Assembly (NCBI GenBank): GCA_020353515.1
Contig: CP070695.1
Coordinates: 3,092,354-3,108,842, forward strand
DNA length: 16,489 bases
Direction of reading: 5' to 3'
Source of the DNA: Candidatus Heimdallarchaeota archaeon
GTDB lineage: Archaea; Asgardarchaeota; Heimdallarchaeia; Hodarchaeales; Hodarchaeaceae
Shown here: positions 1 through 6,377 of the stretch, in pieces
How positions within the stretch are numbered: the first letter of the stretch is position 1
Layout of the letters: the number at the start of each line of letters is the position of its first letter
Program-made: the position numbers and the translations under genes
The notes under the pieces: model-generated
Told to the model about the DNA's origin: nothing
The model's database searches: none
Seen by the model: the letters and a program-made list of their open reading frames with translations, nothing else

Positions 1-159
1 ACGTGGCGAGCGGAGAAATTGCGACGACAGTAAGTATTATAGCTCCCATAGCTAATAAACTTGGACTAGGAGCAACTGGCCTGCTGGTGGAGTGGCAAAA
101 CCTTTATGTCCGAAGGACAATAATGGTTTTAGGGATGGGACTTAAGGCGAGGGAAAGGC
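1..159 (+). repeat. Intergenic structured repeat R0 (left end cut by window edge)
   Basis: Contains core GGAGTGGCAAAACCTTTATGTCCGAAGGACAATAATGGTTTTAGGGATGGGACTTAAGGCGAGG (89-152), shared with R3, R4, R7, R8, R9, R10 and R11. Confidence 0.9.
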
Positions 160-166
160 GATTGAT

Positions 167-484
167 ATGGAATTTAGACCTTGTGGTGCACAGGTTCTTA
201 TTATAATATTTATTTTCTCTATTATCTTAACAATTTTAATAAATTATTTCTATAGAACGGACCTGAAACTTTGGTTACTGATTGGATTGGGATTAGGAAT
301 AATAGGTGGAGTTATATCAACAATATCTTTTATTGCTTTAAATGAACAAATGTGGATTGAAGATGGATCAGAATGTCCCCCAATCAATTTGGGTTTATTC
401 CTCCCAATACTTATTATTCCAACAATTATTCTTATTTTATTCGAGATACTTATTCTTCAAATGAAGAAGAAAAATAAGATATAA
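167..484 (+). CDS. Small hypothetical membrane protein (about 3 TM helices)
   Basis: 105 aa ORF with three hydrophobic stretches and a basic C-terminus; fills the space between R0 and R1. Confidence 0.75.
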   Translation: MEFRPCGAQVLIIIFIFSIILTILINYFYRTDLKLWLLIGLGLGIIGGVISTISFIALNEQMWIEDGSECPPINLGLFLPILIIPTIILILFEILILQMKKKNKI

Positions 485-489
485 GTAGA

Positions 490-785
490 GCCTTTCCCTC
501 GCCCGCTCCGAGCAGAGGGGCAGGGCCCAGCGCAGGAGCGAAATGGTATGGGGAGGTAGGATGCCTCGCTCGGAGTTGCAGGGAAGGCCGTTTGCACGAC
601 GAGTTAGAGGTGGCACCTATAAGAGACGGAAAAACCTCCAATCGCATATTAGCGGGTACAATCTCTGATTGACGCTAGCGAATGTTCGCGGCGAGGTGGT
701 TGGCGAGGGAGTTTGAGCGATAATAATAAATTGTTGCAAAGCGATAAACGACTGAGCCAAGGTTGGGGCTTAAAGGTGAGGAGCA
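490..785 (+). repeat. Intergenic structured repeat R1 (long variant)
   Basis: Starts CCTCGCCCGCTCCGAGCAG and ends GGGGCTTAAAGGTGAGGAGC; 497-605 matches 1450-1558 at 107/109 nt; 755-783 matches 14975-15003 at 26/29 nt. Confidence 0.9.
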
Positions 786-828
786 CATAATTAAAAACAG
801 TGTAGCTATCTTAATATTAAATATTATA

Positions 829-865
829 GAAAGCTTTAAATAGCTAAAATAACTATAATAGTTAT
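829..865 (+). promoter_or_regulatory. Archaeal BRE/TATA promoter and palindromic operator of the TA operon
   Basis: GAAAGC followed by TTTAAATA (835-842) about 30 nt before the ATG at 872; perfect 8-bp inverted repeat ATAACTAT-A-ATAGTTAT (849-865). Confidence 0.65.
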
Positions 866-871
866 GATAAC

Positions 872-1099
872 ATGGGATATAAAACAATTAACGTTGCACC
901 GGAAACATATGAAAGGCTAATTCTATATAAACATGCAGGAATGACTTTCGACGAGGTAATAAATGAAATGATGGATATGATGTCGGAAGAAGAATTTTAT
1001 GAGCATGTAATAGAGGAACATAAAAAGCGCCTCAAGAAAATAAAAGCAGGAGAATATATAGAGGCAAAAGATCTTACCAAAGCCTTAGAAAAGGTTTGA
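872..1099 (+). CDS. Archaeal-type type II antitoxin (VapB/RHH-like N-terminus)
   Basis: KTINVAPETYERL...GMTFDEVINEMM resembles archaeal antitoxins; 75 aa; directly upstream of a RelE-like gene. Confidence 0.75.
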   Translation: MGYKTINVAPETYERLILYKHAGMTFDEVINEMMDMMSEEEFYEHVIEEHKKRLKKIKAGEYIEAKDLTKALEKV

Positions 1100-1108
1100 G
1101 GTGCTTGA

Positions 1109-1399
1109 TTGCCAAAATATCGAATTATTTACGGTAAGGATTTTCTAAAGGATCTTAAAAATATTGTTAAGAGCGGAGATAAAAACGTTATAAGTAAAGC
1201 TGAGCAAATTATAGAGAAATTAAAAATAGATCCACACAAAAAAAGATCCGGGGTAGATATTAAATTAATCTCTTCAAGAAAAGATGCAGTTTATCGAGTT
1301 CGAATCGGAAAATATCGTATGGTTTATGAAATAGATGAGGTTGAAAAGAAGATATTCCTTACTATGATATTTCCACGGGGAAGAGGACGAGGATATTAA
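1109..1399 (+). CDS. RelE/ParE family type II toxin
   Basis: 96 aa, basic; YRIIY..F.KDLK N-terminus and YRVRIGKYRMVYEID motif; TTG start after GAGGTG RBS. Confidence 0.88.
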   Translation: MPKYRIIYGKDFLKDLKNIVKSGDKNVISKAEQIIEKLKIDPHKKRSGVDIKLISSRKDAVYRVRIGKYRMVYEIDEVEKKIFLTMIFPRGRGRGY

Positions 1400-1445
1400 T
1401 AAAGGATTTTCCTGAGATTAATGCCACACTGTTGATTATTAGCTT

Positions 1446-1674
1446 TGCTCCTCGCCCGCTCCGAGCAGGGGGGCAGGGCCCAGCGCAGGAGCGAAATGGT
1501 ATGGGGAGGTCGGATGCCTCGCTCGGAGTTGCAGGGAAGGCCGTTTGCACGACGAGTTGCGATTGGCACAGCTCAGTGACGCTAAAAAGGAGCAATCGCA
1601 TGTGAGCGATAACATTTATCTATGACAAAGCGAATGTTCGGGACGAGGTCATCACTTAAAGGCGAGGCGGCTGG
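1446..1674 (+). repeat. Intergenic structured repeat R2
   Basis: Left 109 nt nearly identical to R1; right part (about 1599-1669) similar to the end of R6 (about 4968-5038); ends CTTAAAGGCGAGG. Confidence 0.9.
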
Positions 1675-1703
1675 ATCTTATAGCTTAAGAGTAAGAAGTT
1701 AAA

Positions 1704-2240
1704 ATGATTAGAGAGAATAGGATGCAAGAAGAATATATTGATGGTATATGGTTTGAAACACCGGAGCGTGTTAATAAATTCTTGAGAGGGTTGATTTATT
1801 CTGACAAAGGTCAGCTGATCCTTCGATCAACCGATATCGCATATATGGGGAAGAAATATCGAATCCAAATGAACTTTATACAAGGTATCTATCTACACAC
1901 ACCCTCTAACCTCTCATCAAAAGGTGTTCCATACATCCGTGTGGATTTCATAAATCAAAATGGCTATCCAGGCATCGCTTTCTTTATGAAAAAGGCCATA
2001 ACAATTTTCGGAGTAATTAAAGAAACAGAAAAACTATTCCATAAACTTCAACAACAATATTACTGGGTAATACAAAAAAATCGATCATCATTCCCACAAC
2101 CACAATTATTCAGTTGCCCTAAATGTCATGCACAAATAGTCTACAGGCAAAATCCCTGTCCTGGATGTGGAGAAACAATACAATGGAAAAACTCTTATGT
2201 CGATAACAGCAACCAGCTGCCTCCCGTTCCGAGCAGGTAG
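1704..2240 (+). CDS. Hypothetical protein with C-terminal zinc ribbon
   Basis: CPKC...CPGC motif; start may be the ATG at 1722; stop codon lies inside R3. Confidence 0.75.
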   Translation: MIRENRMQEEYIDGIWFETPERVNKFLRGLIYSDKGQLILRSTDIAYMGKKYRIQMNFIQGIYLHTPSNLSSKGVPYIRVDFINQNGYPGIAFFMKKAITIFGVIKETEKLFHKLQQQYYWVIQKNRSSFPQPQLFSCPKCHAQIVYRQNPCPGCGETIQWKNSYVDNSNQLPPVPSR

Positions 2241-2329
2241 GGGATGGCTTCAGCGCAGGATGGAGTGGCAAAACCTTTATGTCCTAAGGACAATAATGGT
2301 TTTAGGGATGGGGCTTAAAGGCGAGGAGC
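2213..2329 (+). repeat. Intergenic structured repeat R3 (short variant)
   Basis: 2228-2326 is identical over 99 nt to 5537-5635. Confidence 0.95.
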
Positions 2330-2493
2330 GATATCAACAAAGGCTGTTGTGCCCAATTCAATGTGCATTATTTCATAACTCTAATTGACGATATTTTTAC
2401 GATCGTGCCAAAAAAGATATCTAATTGACTTACAATATATATTTCAAAAAGGGGTACAGGGCTCAATTTAAGGTTAAATAGGTAGCGATAAAT

Positions 2494-3483
2494 ATGAAAG
2501 GATTAAAAATATTCACAGTTGTTATTGTGATAGTATTATTGACTATCACCAGTTGGTATTTTTTCGGACGAGAAACAATTAAAACCGAAGATAACAACAA
2601 TGATTCTACACTTGTTGGGTTAAGTTTTACCGTCGAAGAATATCCAAAAGTCGATGGATCTACATCCACACACCCATTAGAGGTAATCATAGCATGTAGA
2701 TTGCTAAATATATCATATCATGAAACAATTTGGTATGATGGAACAAGACGCATTGTACCGAATGCCTCAGAACCAGGAAAAGAATACATTGCTGAGAATA
2801 TTACAGCGAACATAATCCATCATGGGACACATGACGCGTATGTGAACCTAATTAATGGTACAACCGATTTGATATTAGTTGCTAGATTACCTTCAGAAGA
2901 TGAACTTGCGCTTGCTGATGGAAGAAGTGTGGAACTTGAAGCAAAGCCAATTGCTCTGGATGCTTTTGTATTTATTTTGAATGAAAAGAATCAAATATAC
3001 AATCTAACAATAGAACAGATCCAAGGGATTTATACAGGTGCGATTACCAATTGGAGTGAAGTTGGAGGAAATTATACAGATATCAATCCATATCAAAGAG
3101 ATGAAAATTCTGGAAGCCAGGAACTAATGAAAAGGTTAGTAATGAAAGATTTAGAACTGATCGATTCACCTGATTTGGTCCTATATGGGATGATGGGACC
3201 TATAAATAGATTGAACTGGGATGAAAATGGAATTGGGTATACAGTTTATTACTTCGAAGAATTTATGGCACCCAATGATCATATTAAATTAATCGGAATA
3301 AACGGCTATTATCCAGATTATGAGAATATAAAAACAAAAAAATATCCATTTACGACTGAAGTATATGTAGTAATAAGAAAGGATCTTGATAAAGATAGCA
3401 ATGCATATAAACTCAGAGACTGGCTTCTTTCAGAAGAAGGACAAAGCGTAATTGAAGAAAGTGGTTATGTTCCCGTAAAATAA
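2494..3483 (+). CDS. PstS-like phosphate ABC transporter substrate-binding protein (PBP family), membrane anchored
   Basis: N-terminal TM anchor; DGSTSTHPL, GTHDAY, IALDAFVF, YQRDENSGSQELM and LSEEGQSVIEESGYV motifs. Confidence 0.85.
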   Translation: MKGLKIFTVVIVIVLLTITSWYFFGRETIKTEDNNNDSTLVGLSFTVEEYPKVDGSTSTHPLEVIIACRLLNISYHETIWYDGTRRIVPNASEPGKEYIAENITANIIHHGTHDAYVNLINGTTDLILVARLPSEDELALADGRSVELEAKPIALDAFVFILNEKNQIYNLTIEQIQGIYTGAITNWSEVGGNYTDINPYQRDENSGSQELMKRLVMKDLELIDSPDLVLYGMMGPINRLNWDENGIGYTVYYFEEFMAPNDHIKLIGINGYYPDYENIKTKKYPFTTEVYVVIRKDLDKDSNAYKLRDWLLSEEGQSVIEESGYVPVK

Positions 3484-3507
3484 ACCACCGTTATTGAATT
3501 TAAGCAT

Positions 3508-3662
3508 TCCGAGCAGCTTGGGAATGGCCATTCTCGGATTCCAAAGGAATTTGAGAATTAAGATGACGAGCAAAGCGAGACATCGCTAGCGCAGGACGGA
3601 GTGACAAAACCTTTATGTTCGAAGGACAATAATGGTTTCAGGGTTGGGGCTTGAGGAGGCGA
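3508..3662 (+). repeat. Intergenic structured repeat R4
   Basis: CCGAGCAG start, hairpin modules at 3531-3557 and 3562-3584, the AAAACC/GGTTT core hairpin, and a GGGGCTTGAGGAGGCG end; similar to R8. Confidence 0.9.
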
Positions 3663-3713
3663 CCGCAAATAAAAAATAGATGAACATTAATATATATATA
3701 TTAGGAGGAACCC

Positions 3714-3977
3714 ATGAATTTCGAACCGGATGCTATTATACTACCGAGACTAATCCCTTGGATAGAAAAAAGCAAGCTCCGGATAGCAATATTTGATATT
3801 ATCTCAACCATTATTGGGATTATTTTAATTTACATATGGCTAAAACATTTTTTCATCCCAATCTATGCAGTAAGCTCGATTATTGGTCTTTTTTCAATTA
3901 TCTTGGCTTTAGTGCTTTTAAATGGGAACGAGGAAGATCTTAGCTTAGCCATAATTAAGGCCCCTTCCCACCCTTAG
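3714..3977 (+). CDS. Small hypothetical membrane protein (2 TM)
   Basis: AGGAGG RBS; two hydrophobic segments; stop TAG falls in the start of R5. Confidence 0.7.
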   Translation: MNFEPDAIILPRLIPWIEKSKLRIAIFDIISTIIGIILIYIWLKHFFIPIYAVSSIIGLFSIILALVLLNGNEEDLSLAIIKAPSHP

Positions 3978-4129
3978 CAGGTAGGGGAGTACCGATTGTG
4001 AAAGGCGAGGGCCCGTAGGCAAAAAAGTTACTTCCAGACCAATAGTATTTAATAGGAAAATCCTAGGTGTCTGTAGGTGATAACCAGCAAAACGCAGGAC
4101 GAGATCTTTACTTAAGGATGGCGAATTTC
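3973..4129 (+). repeat. Divergent repeat R5
   Basis: AGCAGGTAGGGGAGTACCGAT (compare R6), AAAGGCGAGG (4001-4010), then CGCAGGACG and CTTAAGGATGGCGA (4111-4124). Confidence 0.7.
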
Positions 4130-4153
4130 ATACAAATATAGGATTGGGACTGT

Positions 4154-4762
4154 ATGAAAAATAAAAAGAAATTGGGTAAAATTTTATTCGACTCTCATCC
4201 GAATAATCCCAAATTTATCTTGACATCGTTTGTATTGATTATTATAGGAGGATCATTGTATTGGTGGGCTGTGTATTTTTTTGACCCAATCATTTACTTT
4301 TTAGGGTTTTTATTAGCGGTTATTGGTACGATTATTCTTATTGTCAATGAATTTATCGGAGGGAAATTCAGATTTAAGATATATCAGGATGGCCTAAAAT
4401 TAGATGTGAATAAATTTGCTGAAGACCCAAGAACTAATCTCACCAGAGGAGAAAAAATTGGAAAAAGAAAAGTGAGATATAATGAAATAGAAAGCATTCA
4501 TCCTTACATGATTAAATCCGAAGTTAATAAGGATTCTATGGGATTACAAATAATATTACCAAAAGAAAAGAATTTTTTTATGGTTGGTGAAATAATATTA
4601 TATGGGAAAGGTATTAAAAGAATGCCAGAAGTAATTAATTATTTAAAGATAAGAATGGGACCATTATGGAAAGATAAATTCAAAAAAGATAAACCAATAT
4701 GGATCGGCGATTTAGATCCGAATAAAATTTCTATGTTTGTAGAATTAGGAGAAACTCCCTGA
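4154..4762 (+). CDS. Hypothetical membrane protein (2 N-terminal TM plus soluble domain)
   Basis: 202 aa ORF with two hydrophobic helices followed by a basic soluble region. Confidence 0.8.
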   Translation: MKNKKKLGKILFDSHPNNPKFILTSFVLIIIGGSLYWWAVYFFDPIIYFLGFLLAVIGTIILIVNEFIGGKFRFKIYQDGLKLDVNKFAEDPRTNLTRGEKIGKRKVRYNEIESIHPYMIKSEVNKDSMGLQIILPKEKNFFMVGEIILYGKGIKRMPEVINYLKIRMGPLWKDKFKKDKPIWIGDLDPNKISMFVELGETP

Positions 4763-4792
4763 TATGAACTAACGAAATTCACGCGACCTGGC

Positions 4793-5038
4793 ACGAGCAG
4801 GTAGTGGAGTACCGATAGTACAGGGTCCATTTTCGGATTTCGAAGAAATTTGAAAACTAAGAGGGCAAGTGAAGCAAGTCCTCGAAGGCGGATTGCAGGA
4901 ATTTCGGTCCCACATCATAGGAAATTCGTGCAAGAGGAGGAAACTTGCTTTCCTCCGAAGGAAATTCCATATGAGCGACAACATTTATTTATGACAAAGC
5001 CAATGCTCAGGACGAGGTTATCACTTAAAGACGAAGCG
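4793..5038 (+). repeat. Intergenic structured repeat R6 (long mosaic variant)
   Basis: CGAGCAGGTAG start; hairpins at 4830-4856 and 4861-4883 are homologous to those in R4/R8; right end is homologous to R2. Confidence 0.85.
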
Positions 5039-5061
5039 AAACCTGAAAAGGAGGTATTCAA

Positions 5062-5493
5062 TTGGATGAAAATATTGTTGGACAAATAACTAAAGCCTAT
5101 ACGACAGCAAAACCCGAATATTTTCGGATCTTTATATCGGCGCAAGATATAATAATCGTGAGTTATGGTGCTTTCACTGGCCATAGTATTGAAGCAATAG
5201 CAATTCAAATGTATAAAGCACGAAAGACTAAACAAAAAGTCGACCAGTTGTTAACACGACAAGATATCTTTCAAAATTTTCCAAATGCACTAGTTCTATC
5301 AAGGAACGATCTACAGCAAATACGATTGAAAAAACAACTTACCGATGCCTTAATTGAATTTGAATTACCACCTTCAAAGGGATTCTTGGGTAAAAAAAGG
5401 AACATTAAAAAGTACGGATTTCCCAAGAATGAATATGAGGACGTAAAAGGAATATTTTCGATCTATTATAACAACATATTATCGGTCAAATGA
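5062..5493 (+). CDS. Hypothetical protein
   Basis: 143 aa; TTG start after GGAGGT RBS; fills the space between R6 and R7. Confidence 0.75.
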   Translation: MDENIVGQITKAYTTAKPEYFRIFISAQDIIIVSYGAFTGHSIEAIAIQMYKARKTKQKVDQLLTRQDIFQNFPNALVLSRNDLQQIRLKKQLTDALIEFELPPSKGFLGKKRNIKKYGFPKNEYEDVKGIFSIYYNNILSVK

Positions 5494-5522
5494 ATTCAAT
5501 TATAAATGTCCAATATAAGAGT

Positions 5523-5638
5523 TGCTCCTCGCCCGCTCCGAGCAGGTAGGGGATGGCTTCAGCGCAGGATGGAGTGGCAAAACCTTTATGTCCTAAGGAC
5601 AATAATGGTTTTAGGGATGGGGCTTAAAGGCGAGGCGA
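5523..5638 (+). repeat. Intergenic structured repeat R7 (short variant)
   Basis: GCTCCTCGCCCGCTCCGAGCAGG...CTTAAAGGCGAGG; 99 nt identical to R3. Confidence 0.95.
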
Positions 5639-5652
5639 TATAAGTAAAGGGG

Positions 5653-6099
5653 TTGGTTGATGATATGCCAAAAGGAGCTTTCGGACAATATATTATAAAA
5701 AATCAGACTGTAGGATCTTTTACCCCATTATACGAGCGCATATTATTTGAATGTAGATTCATAACAAAAGAAAGAACATGGGACGGACAAATCGCTCGTC
5801 ATAAGGCAATGTTCGGTAGTAAAGGCTCATCATTCGCTGTCTCAGCATTTGTCCCCTTCGGCTCATTACTTGAAGAAGGAAATCGATATGGCGCTGAGGC
5901 CGAAATGTATCAGTATGGCCCAGATGTAATCTTGAGGCTTCTTGTGGTTCCTTACATGACATTATTCGATGCCCACGATTATTTTTTATTAACCCAAGGT
6001 GTTTTTGAAAAGATTCTAGACGATGAACGTTGCATGAAGAAATTAGGGGAAATTGTTTACAGGATCATGGCATATAGGGTGCAAATATATACATTTTAA
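5653..6099 (+). CDS. Hypothetical protein
   Basis: 148 aa ORF between R7 and R8; the true start may be the ATG at 5665. Confidence 0.7.
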   Translation: MVDDMPKGAFGQYIIKNQTVGSFTPLYERILFECRFITKERTWDGQIARHKAMFGSKGSSFAVSAFVPFGSLLEEGNRYGAEAEMYQYGPDVILRLLVVPYMTLFDAHDYFLLTQGVFEKILDDERCMKKLGEIVYRIMAYRVQIYTF

Positions 6100-6139
6100 A
6101 AAATATATGGATTATCCATCAACCCCAATAATTATTTGA

Positions 6140-6306
6140 GCTTCGCCCAGTCCAAGTAGGTAGGGGATAACCATTCTCGGATTCCAAAGGAATTTGAGAT
6201 TTAAGATGACGAGCAAAGCGAGACATCGTAAGCGAGGTACGGAGTGGCAAAACCTTTATGTTCGAAGGACAATAATGGTATAAGGGATGGGACTTAAGGA
6301 GGCGAC
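6140..6306 (+). repeat. Intergenic structured repeat R8
   Basis: Same module order as R4 (TTCTCGGATTCC hairpin, GATGACGAGCAAAGCGAGACATC, core hairpin); ends CTTAAGGAGGCG. Confidence 0.9.
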
Positions 6307-6377
6307 TTCTGAATATAAGTGAGGCTGGAGGTAAGAATATCAACGAAGATGGAGACCACTCTACAATCAACAATCAT

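Noticed and set aside
89-152. Xer dif/pdif site interpretation (TTATGTCCGAA resembles a XerD arm)
   Set aside because: There is no matching ...ATAA arm 6 bp upstream, so the 11-6-11 geometry is missing, and all copies are in direct orientation.
3-206. 67-aa ORF, and the similar ORF 2167-2388, both containing EWQNLYV.RTIMVLGMGLK
   Set aside because: The shared peptide is just the translated repeat; other copies carry indels, and the conservation fits base pairing rather than codons.
490-785. Canonical attC, tRNA, rRNA or group II intron fragment
   Set aside because: No RYYYAAC/GTTRRRY ends, no cloverleaf or T-loop, and no recognisable intron domain V. A covariance-model search is still needed to exclude these formally.
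450-1601. Minus-strand ORFs 450-647 and 1362-1601, and likewise 4850-5089 (+) and 6119-6373 (-)
   Set aside because: They lie over GC-rich repeats that have few stop codons and show no protein-like features.
5523-5638. Simple MITE with CCTCGCC/GGCGAGG terminal inverted repeats
   Set aside because: No target-site duplications are seen, all copies are co-oriented, and the extended complementarity runs across genes rather than across the element. Disfavoured rather than excluded.
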